Assembly: GCA_002269645.1 (NCBI GenBank)
Contig: NIVC01004707.1
Span: forward strand, 1-37,414
Direction: 5' to 3'
Length of the DNA stretch: 37,414 nucleotides
Origin: Macrostomum lignano
Lineage: Eukaryota
The position numbers and the translations under genes are program-made. Below are positions 1 to 10,216 of the stretch, piece by piece; the first letter of the stretch is position 1, and each line of letters begins with the position of its first letter. Under the pieces are notes generated by a model. That model searched no databases. It saw only the letters and a list, made by a program, of their open reading frames with translations, and was not told the DNA's origin.

Positions 1-376
1 GACGCGGCAGTCGCATTGGCATCGGCGCTGGCAGCTGCTGCTGGCTGACTCGGTCTCGGCCGCAGGAGCGCTCTTGGCATCTTCGGTCACGATGACAAGC
101 GGCCGGATCGCGGCAGGTGCCGGCACTGTGCGTCGGCCTTGGCGGATCAGCAGCCGCTGTCGGAGTCGTCGGCGGCGGAGTCGTCGTCGGGCTCACTGAC
201 GCGGCAGCGCATGGGCGGCACTGGCCTCTGCAGCCGCTCTGGTCGCCTTGTCGTGCTCCGCCTAAGCGACGGTGCAGGCTCGACTGGGTGGTGCGGTGCG
301 AGCCGCCGCAGTTGACGCAGACCGCCGCCGGGCCCTCGTGCTGGCACTTCAATTCCAGGAATGCTGGCCGCCGCAT
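1..376 (-). CDS. Possible Cys-rich coding exon running off the left edge of the window (MRRPAFLELKCQHEGPAAVCVNCGGSH...TTTPPPTTPT...), product unknown
   Basis: The frame from the ATG at 376 is open to position 1 and has GC-rich third positions; composition changes sharply to AT-rich after about 377. No family recognised. Confidence 0.3.
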   Translation of the reverse strand, partial: MRRPAFLELKCQHEGPAAVCVNCGGSHRTTQSSLHRRLGGARQGDQSGCRGQCRPCAAASVSPTTTPPPTTPTAAADPPRPTHSAGTCRDPAACHRDRRCQERSCGRDRVSQQQLPAPMPMRLPR

Positions 377-567
377 AAATATAATCTACTAATACTAAAA
401 CTGACGTATTTATATAAATACGAGCTACACAAGATCATATACGATCACTGAAACTCACATTTCACTACGAGTCTAGCGTTAATTTGCCTTTCATTTGGTA
501 TTAGACTTTCCATTTTAAACTGATCATCTTCGTTAAGTTTGTCTTATGAAGTTGTAAATAATTCCTT

Positions 568-1640
568 TAGATCAGGCAAACTTTTTTACTTCAAAAACCA
601 GATACCAAAAACCAGATACCAGATTACTTCAAAAACCTGCAGCCATAACCTTAGCTTATGGCTGCGGGCCAGATTAGAGCAGAAAGGAAAGGAAATAGAG
701 AGGGAGAGAAGTGCAAAGAGATGAGATGAGAGAGACGAGGAGAGGAGATGATAAGAGTAGAGTGGAGAGAAGAGAAAGGAGTGGAGATGGGAGAAAAGAG
801 AGAAGAGGGAAGAGAGAGAAAAGAGAGAAGAGGGAAGAGAGGAGAGAAGAGAAAAGAGAGAAGGGGGAGAGAGGAGAGGAGAGAAAAGAGAGAAGAGGGA
901 GAGAAGAGAAAAGAGAGAAGAGGGGAGAGAGGAGAGAAGAGAAAAGAGAGAAGAGGGAAGAGAGGAGAGAAGAGAGAAGAGGGAGAGAGGAGAGGAGAGA
1001 AAAAGAGAGAAGAGGGAGAGAAGAGAAAAGAGAGAAGAGGGGAGAGAGGAGAGGAGAGAAAAGAGAGAAGAGGGAAGAGAGGAGAGAAGAGAAAAGAGAG
1101 AAGAGGTAAGAGAAGAGAGAAGAGAAAAAGAGAGAAGAGGGGAGAGAAGAGAAAAGAGAGAAGAGGAAGAGAGGAGAGAAGAGAAAAGAGAGAAGAGGGG
1201 AGAGAGGAGAGGAGAGAAAAAGAGAGAAGAGGGGAGAGAAGAGAAAAGAGAGAAGAGGGGAGAGAGGAGAGGAGAGAAAAAGAGAGAAGAGGGGAGAGAA
1301 GAGAAAAGAGAGAAGAGGGGAGAGAGGAGAGGAGAGAAAAGAGAGAAGAGGGAAGAGAGGAGAGAAGAGAAAAGAGAGACGAGGGAAGAGAGGTGAGAAG
1401 AGAAAAGAGAGACGAGGGAAGCTGAGAAGAGAGAAGAGAAAAAGAGAGAAGAGGGGAGAGAAGAGAAAAGAGCGGAGAGGGGAGAAAGGAGAGAAGAGAA
1501 AAGAGAGAAGAGGGGAAAGAGGAGAGAAGAGGTGAGAGAGGAGAGACGAGAGCTTGAGCGGGCCGGTTGGCTGTTTTGAAGTTTCAAAAAACCCGAGGGG
1601 CGTATAGAGACGCTTTGCGGGCCAGATTTTGCCGACTCTG
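568..1640 (+). mobile_element. Non-autonomous hAT/Charlie-like MITE with internal GA microsatellite (copy 1)
   Basis: 5' end TAGATCAGGCAAACTTTTTTACTTCAAAAACCAGATA and 3' end GCGGGCCAGATTTTGCCGACTCTG form degenerate TIRs resembling MER58-type Charlie termini. Both ends are homologous to the copies at 32.3-32.5 kb and 36.3-37.1 kb. No TSD seen. Confidence 0.55.
684..1548. repeat. GA-rich low-complexity microsatellite (GAGAGGAGAGAAGAGAAAA-type units)
   Basis: Almost pure purine tract; generates the spurious Ser/Leu and Arg/Glu ORFs. Confidence 0.95.
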
Positions 1641-2391
1641 CCCAGATGGTTCGCTCAACTATATTTACGAGTACTTAGCAAAACTAACCTCTGTTTGGTA
1701 GTATGCCCCTGGTGCCATGATTATTTTTACCTGTCATCTACTTTATTTTTCCTATGCACAGCTAGAATAACTTAGCACTCTAAAACCAATAATCTATTGT
1801 CCAAAAACTGTTTTGAGCGTACACCACATACGCCTTGGGAGTGTGGCGCAGGTCTATGCAGGAAGTTTCTATAGCAACGCCCGCCCCCCTCCCGACAGAC
1901 AGTTCCACGGCTCTCATTGGCACGCCTTTGTTGCTTAGACCTCTCAGCTGGATTTGATTGAGACTGTATGGAATGCTCTGTACAGAGGGAGACGTGTGAC
2001 AGTCTAAGTACAATGGGTTAGAACTATGACGGTGCCTTACTGCTTTCGAGATTAAACCAGGTTGTCAGATTAACAAAAGAATAGTTGAAACTCACGCTGC
2101 TCTCTCAACTGTGACAGTGAGTGCACAACCATGATGAAGCATTCCGGTTTGGACCGGTTTTGTCTGTCATTCAAATCGGATGAGCTGTACAGCAATAAAC
2201 ACTGAGAGTACAGTGTATGCCATGTCCACACTGTACACTCAGCCTATGTACATGCGTACTCTTTCATCAACAAGATAAAACAGCTTCGCGAGCGCATAAA
2301 AGAACAAGACCACAAAACTGACATCTTCCAGCTTAATTAAACTCGTACAGCTCTGAGCTAAAAAGTGGGAGAAAACCCTTTGAATACTGAT

Positions 2392-3300
2392 ATGGGAAAA
2401 GTGAAAGTGCACGTTGTTTACTGGTAAGCTCTGGCAAGAGTTCACTGTTTCTTTGTAACTGAATCTAGGGGGGGGGGGCGTAGCCCAGTGGTCTGGCGCG
2501 GCGCTCTGATGTGCCAGCGGCCCAGGCTCGATTCCAAGTGCAGTCACATTAATTTGGGGCTGAATTGGAATCTCGGCTTGGCTCTGCTCGTGCAGTTAAC
2601 GGCCTCGAGGGCCAACCCCCAAGGCACAGTGAAGTGTACATGCCTAACGATACATAAAGTTAGGGCCGCTGTACACTCCTGTGTGAGTGTGTGCCTGTGC
2701 GTATGACTGCGTACGTATCCGCGCGCTTGTGTGCCTGCTCAGGGGAGTCGGCGGAATGGGCAGCAATGCCTCTCGCCGGTTGTGCGACAATGTCGCTTGA
2801 AGTGCGCCAAGGTTTAAATCACCATAGTGCTTTCATAAATCCACACCACGCAGATGGTGCTGTTAAAACGCGTTAAACTTATAGAAGCTTTCAGAAATAT
2901 TCTTAGAAATGAACCATATTAATTTAATCAACTTTTGGCCAGATTGAATTCGCGCCACATTTGCTGGCAAATTCATAGAAAATAGCTAGCAGTTTGATCA
3001 TCGAAGATTCCAAGAAACCAACTTCATCTCAACCCCAAATTGAATTCGCGCCACTGCAGCGGCGCCTGAGGCTACGGCGGCCGGTTCAGGCGGTTCCAGC
3101 AGGACCTGCTGGGCCGTCTGGGCGCCGAGGCCGCCAGCCAGCTCGAGGTGTCCGGCGAGGCCACGAAGACGCAGACGGGCAAATTCGAGGTGACAATCGA
3201 TGGAGTCGAAGCGTTTTCAAAGCTGCGCCAGGGCCGCTTCCCGGAGATCAATGACGTCTGGCCGGCGGTTGAGGCCGCCCTGAAGAAGCAGCAGAAATAG
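2392..3300 (+). CDS. SELENOW: Selenoprotein W paralog 1, join(2392..2423,3060..3300), 90 aa, Sec UGA at 3067-3069
   Basis: Spliced product MGKVKVHVVYCGAUGYGGRFRRFQQDLLGRLGAEAASQLEVSGEATKTQTGKFEVTIDGVEAFSKLRQGRFPEINDVWPAVEAALKKQQK*. Shows the Rdx-family YCGAUGY and TGxFEV motifs, donor TG|GTAAGC, acceptor CTGCAG|C, and a downstream SECIS. Confidence 0.92.
2468..2740 (+). mobile_element. tRNA-derived SINE in the SelW1 intron
   Basis: A box TAGCCCAGTGG (2481-2491) and B box GGCTCGATTCC (2525-2535). The body AGGGCCAACCCCCAAGGCACAGTGAAGTGTACATGCCTAACGA is shared with the copy at 23470-23637. Confidence 0.75.
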
Positions 3301-3430
3301 GAGTAGAACAATTAAATCGCCTGGCTGCGGCTGAAGTCGCTTCTCTTCTTGAACTGCTTGGCTTAACGAACTTTTTCTATACCTAGTATATATATCTGCA
3401 CTTTTGCGGGCCCCTCTTCCAAAGTCCCAT

Positions 3431-3510
3431 TAGACGGTAACCATGACGACCAGGGCAGTAAAAGCCACTCAGGTGGCTGAGCCCACGGTCCGAAATCGGC
3501 GGCTCTAAAC
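3431..3510 (+). promoter_or_regulatory. SECIS element (form 2) in the SelW1 3' UTR
   Basis: AUGAC at 3443, helix II GACC/GGTC plus GGGC/GCCC, apical AAAA at 3460-3463, ministem GCCAC/GTGGC, 3' core CGAA at 3491, helix I CGGT/ATCG. Confidence 0.88.
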
Positions 3511-3944
3511 GGACCGCCACCTCGAGTGGGAAGTTGGGGAGAGCCCGAAGGGTCACCTGGAAAACAAGACAACAAAACGTTTTGCCGCTTTTTTAGACTA
3601 TTTGTAATGGAAAATCTAAAAAACTACTTTGAAAAAATTAAATCATAAATTGGTCTGGATATCTGCTTTTTATGAAGCACTTGGTCACGTGCAACTATAC
3701 TATTATTATATACTCGGTGTTGAACCCCACTTTTGAGCAATGAGTACTTTAGACCGATATAGTGAAACCAATGCTTTGTTTCGGGGGCGATTATTTCTGC
3801 TACTTTTTTGTCTCTAAATGCAGTTTATGTTCAATACAGTTTGTCGGAGATACAGACTACAATTCCCAAAGAGGAAGAGTGCATCAATTCGAGGATCAGC
3901 TCGATTTGCAGATTCTTTTCGTCATAAAACTGACACAGCCGGGA

Positions 3945-4690
3945 GCACGGGAGCACTGGAGCACTGGACAAGCTTGTTGCTGTTGCGGCGAGTGTCGGCC
4001 TGGTGGTCAACACGCAGAAGACCGTCGTGCTCTGCGTGCCGGACGACATCGAGGCTGCGATTTTGTGCCGAGGCGCTGATGGGCAGGCTTCCGCTTTGTC
4101 AGCAGTTCGTCTACCTCGGCGGTCTGGTTCCCGGCGTCCGCGAGGATCTGCGGCGTCGCCGCGGGCTTGCCTGGGCTCCCTTTCGTTCTGTTAGGGCAGT
4201 CCTGCAGTCCGAGGCCTTACCTGACCGCCAGAGGGCGGCGTTGTTTCAGGAGGTGATCGAGACCGGTCCTGCTGTACAACGCCGAGACCTGGACGCTGAC
4301 GGAGTCGCTCGAGCAACATGTTGACGCGACGCCCGCTGGCCTGCTGCGCGCGGCCTTCAAGATCGGCTTCGAGCGAGCGACCAACGCGCCTTTGTATCGC
4401 CGCGCCGGCCTGGTCCGTCCAAGCGACCTGTTGCGGCGTCGGCGACTCCAGCTGGCAGGCCACATCATCCGCGCCGAGTCGTACTGCCCAGAGCCGGTGC
4501 AGGAGGTGCTGCTGCTAACGCTGCAGGCACCCTACCGGCGGGGCAGGCCCGCACTCGGCATTTCGTCGATTGCCTACTGGCTGACGCCGGCGCCCCGGAC
4601 TCGGCCGGCGGCGGGGCGTTCATTCGCGACCTGGCCTTAGGGCGCGCCCTATGACGCTAACTGCGTATTCTGTTGTTGTTTTTGTTAGGA
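3945..4690 (+). mobile_element. 5'-truncated, frameshifted non-LTR retrotransposon (LINE, RTE-like), C-terminal part of the RT region
   Basis: Frames give LDKLVAVAASVGLVVNTQKT...FVYLGG...RRRRGLAW...(VLLYNAETWTL)...LRRRRLQLAGHIIR, typical post-YADD LINE RT motifs. At least two frameshifts; ends in a (TGT)n-like tail. Confidence 0.8.
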
Positions 4691-4927
4691 GGACGAGAAA
4701 TCACGCGCTGGATGAGTGATTGGAAAATTCCAGCACTGGACAGCTGGTTGCGCTCGCGGTGAGGACCACAGATACTAAATACTAAATACAGTATTTAGTA
4801 TCTGTGGTGAGGACTATAACAATGCGAGCCTTCACTGCAACAAGAGACAGTTGTCGGGCTTCCTACCGCGTTTTTGACGAAGATTTGAGTTCTTGCGAGC
4901 TCTGGATAGAGTTAAGACTTGAGATAG

Positions 4928-4930
<3 letters not shown>

Positions 4931-4959
<29 letters not shown>
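4931..4959. repeat. (CT)n microsatellite
   Basis: Perfect dinucleotide run. Confidence 0.9.
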
Positions 4960-4961
<2 letters not shown>

Positions 4962-5141
4962 CTGCACTGTTAGGCATGTACACAGCTATGAGTGTACAGT
5001 TTATTGTCCAGCTTCTGCTGCTCTTACTCTGGTAAAAAAGCCAATGGGTTGATGAGAAAAGTTTGTCTGCTTAGCAAATTGTTATAATTGTAGAAGACAG
5101 CAACAAGTTCATCAACTCAGCAGCAATAACGAATTATAGCA

Positions 5142-6328
5142 ATGGGAAAGGTCAGAATTCACGTAGTCTATTGGTGAGTTCTTGTGCACTATACGGTAGT
5201 ACCAGAAACTGACTCACCGAATGAGTCAATCTGTTCATTCTTTCTCATGTCGAATTAGTGCCAGTTTCTTAGAAGCTGACCAATCGGGTCATTACAAATC
5301 AAATCCCTATCGGGTCGGTTTCTTAGAAACTGACCGATAGTCTCAATTTAGCTCAAGTAGCAATTGGTGCCGGTTTCTTAGAAACTGACTGATTGTCTCA
5401 ATTTAGCTCAAGTAGCAATTGGTGCCGGTTTCTTAGAAACTGACTGATTGTCTCAATTTAGCTCAAGTAGCAATTGGTGCCGGTTTCTTAGAAACTGACT
5501 GATTGTCTCAATTTAGCTCAAGTAGCAATTGGTACCGGTTTCTTAGAAACTGACTGATTGTCTCAATTTAGCTCCAGTAGCAATTGGTGCCGGTTTCTTA
5601 GAAACTGACTGATTGTCTCAATTTAGCTCAAGTAGCAATTGGTGCCGGTTTCTTAGAAACTGACTGATTGTCTCAATTTAGCTCAAGTTGCAATTGGTTC
5701 CGGTTTCTTAGAAACTGACTGATTGTCTCAATTTAGCTCAAGTAGCAATTGGTTCCGGTTTCTTAGAAACTGACTGATTGTCTCAATTTAGCTCAAGTAG
5801 CAATTGGTGCCAGTTTCTTAGAAACCTATACTACTGTTCAGCTGATTGTTCAATCAAGCTTAAATGTAACAATATCTGTTTGTGTTTTTATTAGTCAGCC
5901 AATCGGGGTCATTCTCGAATGGTTCAAATCCGCGCCAGTTTCTTAGAAACCAAGAAATCGGCCCATACTCGCTTTAAGTAGCAATCAGTGTTAGTTCCTT
6001 AGAAACTGCATGTAAAACGTTTATTCTTAACGTCTTACTCTTCCCAATCAACACAATCTGCACCACCTGCAGCGGCGCCTGAGGCTACGGCGGCCGGTAC
6101 AGGCGGCTAAAGCAGGACCTGTTTGGCCGCTTTGGCACCGGCGCCGCCAGACATCTTGAGGTGACGGGCGAGGCAACAAAGATGCAGACAGACAAATTCG
6201 AGGTGACTGTTGAAAGAGTTGAGACATTTTCCAAGCTGCGCGAGGGCCGCTTTCCGGAGATTGATGACATCTGGCCCACGGTGGAGGCGGCTTTGCAGAA
6301 GCAGCAACAGCAGCAGCAGCCGACTTAG
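5142..6328 (+). CDS. SELENOW: Selenoprotein W paralog 2, join(5142..5173,6073..6328), 95 aa, Sec UGA at 6080-6082
   Basis: Spliced product MGKVRIHVVYCGAUGYGGRYRRLKQDLFGRFGTGAARHLEVTGEATKMQTDKFEVTVERVETFSKLREGRFPEIDDIWPTVEAALQKQQQQQQPT*. Same intron position as paralog 1 (TG|GTGAGT ... CTGCAG|C) and a downstream SECIS. Confidence 0.9.
5317..5825. repeat. 55-bp minisatellite (9 full units plus a partial one) in the SelW2 intron
   Basis: Unit GGTTTCTTAGAAACTGACTGATTGTCTCAATTTAGCTCAAGTAGCAATTGGTGCC. Confidence 0.95.
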
Positions 6329-6410
6329 AAATATTGACCATCGGGACTCACTTTTTAACAACTCCCCCCCCCCTAATCTCATTCGGTCTCTCGTCCGAAG
6401 TCCCGACCGC

Positions 6411-6482
6411 CAGACGGTAACCATGACGACCGGAGCATTTAAAAGTCGCTCCGGCGGCTGCGCTCACGCGGTCTGAAACCGA
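6411..6482 (+). promoter_or_regulatory. SECIS element (form 2) in the SelW2 3' UTR
   Basis: AUGAC at 6423, helix II GACCG/CGGTC plus GAGC/GCTC, apical AAAA at 6441-6444, ministem GTCGC/GCGGC, 3' core TGAA at 6474, helix I CGGT/ACCG. Confidence 0.88.
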
Positions 6483-6719
6483 ACGGGGAATTCGGCAAGG
6501 AGGCTGAGATGAGAGAGGTATGATTTTTTTCTATTGTAAAATACACTTATAATTCTCTGCTGATACAGGGATAGACAAAAATTGCTCGTTTAGGAAGTCG
6601 CTTTTTCACTGAAAAAAATAAGTCAATGCTAGCATGTCTGTATTCTCGTAGTTAGTTCGTTTTTGCAGAGAAACTTTAGGGACTGTGCCGCAAATCAAGA
6701 GAGCGACACTCGACCCGCA

Positions 6720-6925
6720 CGCAAGCCTGTGAGGAGTCAAGCAGTCATGCTCAAAGCACAATGGATGTTATCTACACGCGGGTTTGGCCTCCAAAGTTTC
6801 TGGGCCAAGTTTTCGTACAGAAATCTCAAATTAATGGGGCCGCGCTACGGATTGAATGTAGGTACGAGCCAGTTTGACGAGAGAGTCCTGACAGGCCAAC
6901 CACTGAGCTATTCTGCCCCATGCTA
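6720..6925 (-). mobile_element. Diverged tRNA-derived SINE
   Basis: The minus strand has an A box TAGCTCAGTGG and a degenerate B box (CATTCAATCC), followed by CATTAATTTG as in the 2468 SINE. Confidence 0.5.
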
Positions 6926-7112
6926 GACCCAAAAAACCAATGTGATGATTCAACAAAAAATAGGCGAACTCTTTAAAAGAATTATTTTCAAACGTTTCGG
7001 CCTGAATGGACGATTGGCCATATGTATTCAATATGACGCTTAAGTACAAAGGTGCAGAGACGGATACAGTGGAGGGTAAGAGGGCAATGCTGATGCAATC
7101 GCGCAGAAAATA

Positions 7113-7545
7113 TTGGGGGGGGGGCGGGGCAGACTGGAAGGGTGAAGTCTGAGAAAATGGGGTGTGGGCTGCACTGGGCAGAGAAAATTGGGGTGTCTGG
7201 TGCAGACTGGAAGGGGGAAGTGTGAGAAAATGGGGTGTGCACGACACTGGGGAGAGAAAATTGGGGGGTCGGGGGCAGACTGGAAGGGGGAAGTGTGAGG
7301 AAATGGGGTGTGGGCGGCACTGTTCAGAGAAAATTGGGGTGTCTGGGATAGACTGGAAGGAGGGAGTGTGAGAAAATGGGGTTGTAGGTGACACTGGGGA
7401 GAGAAAATTGGGGGGTCGGGGGGGGGGCAGACTGGAAGGGAGGGAATGTAAGGAAATGGGGTGTGAGCTGCACTGGGCAAAGAAAATTGGGGGGTCTGGG
7501 GCGCGGGCAGACTGGAAGGAGGGAGCGTGAGAAAGTGAAGTGTGG
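7113..7545. repeat. G-rich minisatellite of about 70 bp (about 6 units) just 3' of the C6orf89-like B stop codon
   Basis: Recurrent GCAGACTGGAAGGGG..GTGAGAAAATGGGGTGT..CACTGGG.AGAGAAAATTGGGG units. Confidence 0.9.
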
Positions 7546-7562
7546 GATACACTTTGCGAAGC

Positions 7563-9407
7563 CTAGTCGTCCTCGACATCGTCTGTCTCCGGCACCCGGC
7601 CGGTGATTGGTGCCGGCTGCTTGATGCCGGTGGACGAGAAGGTGGTGAGCGCGTACACCAGGCTGTACGGCTCGGCATGCGGGCCCGCCAGCCGGCTAAA
7701 GTGCACCCTGTAGCAGCTGGCAGGCACCACTACGGCCTGGCCGGCTGACAGCACCACACTCGTGTTGCCATGGTTACCGGGACAGCAGGCCGGCTTGTGC
7801 GACAAAGTGACTCTCAGGACTCCATGCAGGCCCATCAGCACCACCTGCCCGTTGAACTCGCTCAGGTCGCCGATGTACTTGTCCTCAGCTGACCCCGGTT
7901 CGCCGGCCAGCAGGTAGAAACCCCTGGCCAGGCCGATCTCCGAGTCCGGCACGATGAACGGCGGGCGTGGCACCAGCTTGCGCACCGCTCTGATGGCCGA
8001 CATGTGGCCGAAGATCCAAGACACCAGTTCGACATTGGCGGGCGGCACCTCCGACTGCAGCAGCTCCGACAGAGTCGACGGGCCGCCGGCGGGCCCCGAG
8101 GCAACGCGGTTGGAGCCGGCGCTCACCTCGGACCAGGCTTCCAGCACCTGGGATTGGCGTGACGTCAGCTTGTTTCTTATTGGCAGCCTAGATTAGCAAT
8201 CCACTCTACTCCTTCATTGATATAGGCTAGATTAGCAATCCACTCTACTCCTTGATTGATGTAGGCTAGATTAGCAATCCATTCTATTCCTTTATTGATG
8301 TAGGCTAGATTAGCAATCCATTCTATTCCTTCATTGATGTAGGCTAGATTAGCAATCCACTCTACTCCTTCATTGATGTAGGCTAGATTAGCAATCCACT
8401 CTACTCCTTCATTGATGTAGGCTAGATTAGCAATCCACTCTACTCCTTCATTGATATAGGCTAGATTAGCAATCCACTCTACTCCTTCATTGATGTAGGC
8501 TAGATTAGCAATCCATTCTATTCCTTTATTGATATAGGCTAGATTAGCAATCCACTCTACTCCTTCATTGATATAGGCTAGATTAGCAATCCATTCTATT
8601 CCTTTATTGATATAGGCTAGATTAGCAATCCATTCTATTCCTTCATTGATGTAGGCTAGATTAGCAATCCATTCTATTCCTTTATTGATGTAGGCTAGAT
8701 TAGCAATCCATTCTATTCCTTCATTGATGTAGGCTAGATTAGCAATCCATTCTATTCCTTTATTGATATAGGCTAGATTAGCAATCCATTCTATTCCTTT
8801 ATTGATATAGGCTAGATTAGCAATCCATTCTACCATACACCGAACCCACCGTTCTGCGCAGCTCCGCAAAGCTGACGGGCCGGTGGCCGCTGTCGATGAC
8901 ATGAAACGGCACAATGTGCCGATCGATGGAGCGCCGGTAAGCGGCCCGGCCCGCTTCATTGTTCAAAGCTACTCTGGGAATTTTTTTCAGCTTCTTGCAG
9001 CCGCAGCAGAGCTCTGGCTCTCTGTAGAACGGATTTGGCACCAGGCAGGCCTCCCGGTCGCGGCTGTGCAGAAACTCGGACTTGTACGCACCCAGCTGCA
9101 CCGACAGCCATCGATAAGACTTCAGGTAGACCAAATTCAGGTAGGACAGAGCCCGGCCGGTGCGGACAGAATTCGACACGATGGGGAAGCTGTTTTCCAA
9201 GCAGCGCAGGCTCACAGAGGCGAAGGCCCACAGAATCAGCAGGCGGCACACAAGCCAAGCGAGTCGGCCCAGAGTCCCGCTGTCTGCACCTCTGCTGCTC
9301 TGCTGTCGCTTGTGCAACTGCCGAAGCAGCTCCTGGCACTGCTCAGCGGACACCGGGTCTGCCAGGTGCTGGCTCACGAGCTCAACTGCCCGCCGATCGC
9401 GCTGCAT
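7563..9407 (-). CDS. C6orf89/BRAP-like single-pass membrane protein, paralog B, join(9407..8850,8147..7563), about 380 aa
   Basis: N-terminal TM segment, CLVPNPFY...CCGC motif and a C-terminal cupin-like region (GVLRVTLSHKPACC...LSAGQAVVVPASCYRV). Phase-0 donor ACG|GTGGGT and acceptor CCCAG|GTG. Clearly paralogous to gene A. The family call rests on recalled architecture. Confidence 0.7.
8188..8833. repeat. 36-bp minisatellite (about 18 units) filling the paralog B intron
   Basis: Unit CTAGATTAGCAATCCATTCTATTCCTTTATTGATATAGG-type, spanning nearly the whole intron 8148-8849. Confidence 0.95.
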
Positions 9408-9990
9408 TGTTGCTATGCTGCTTGAGCTTTGCTTGCCTGTGGCTAGGGTGGCTCTGCCGAGCTCGTGGCTGGCAATTAGAATACTCTCGTTGGCTGCTTT
9501 TATGATGAGGCCTTTTGTCTATTGTGCTGCCTCCCCTCGGGGCGGGTGGAGCGTGGCACGTGTTACAGCTCGCGATGGCTGTGTGGCTCGTGAATTCTCC
9601 TAGCATAGCATGGCATGGCGAGTTATGAAAATGGTGCCTCAACGCTGTGTGTCTGTCTGCATTAAGTGGTCACGAAAATGAATTCGTTCTCTTTCCCAGG
9701 TGTCTCTCATTTAGAGAATAAGCGCATGAGTAATCATCTGAATTCTTATGTTTCCTAACAGTTTTATTATTTTTGCAGATTTAGCTCATAGCGTGCGCAG
9801 CAAGATTTGTTGGTATTCTTCAAAATATTAGCTAGCAAACATTCAAAAGCAAAATTGTTGAAATTGAAAGGGAAATCCCTTGGAGTTGGTATCGGTGAGC
9901 GCAGTCTCAGCTTCAAAAATACCTGGTTTTGGGTAAGAGGAATCCCTGCTTAAATCTCCTGTTTGTAATATCGCCGAAAAGAGGGATTCC

Positions 9991-10198
9991 AGAGGGGAAT
10001 TCCAACCTTGATGACCTCTAGTTGGCGGTAGAGGGAATCTCAACCTTGTTGATTTCTATTTTAGGGGAAAAGGAAATCCCAACCTTGATGACTTCTAGTT
10101 TGGAGAAAAAGGAATTCCCAACCTTGATGACCTCTAGTTTGGGGGAAAGGGAAATCCCAACCTTGATGACCTCTAGTTTGGGGAAAGGGAAATCCCAG
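9991..10198. repeat. Degenerate repeat of about 38 bp (5-6 units) between paralogs A and B
   Basis: Unit GGGAAATCCCAACCTTGATGACCTCTAGTTTGGGGGAAA. Confidence 0.85.
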
Positions 10199-10216
10199 AC
10201 TCAAAATAGCCTAAGC

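Noticed and set aside
586-1587. Long Ser/Leu and Arg/Glu ORFs (also 36439-37062, 32149-32445)
   Set aside because: Translations of GA microsatellite.
2481-2545. Functional tRNA gene (also about 6860-6915)
   Set aside because: A and B boxes are present but I could not fold a cloverleaf, and the sequence continues into a shared SINE body.
3067-3069. In-frame TGA read as a pseudogenising stop in the SelW-like genes (also 6080-6082)
   Set aside because: It occupies the Sec position of the CxxU motif in both paralogs, and each has a covarying SECIS.
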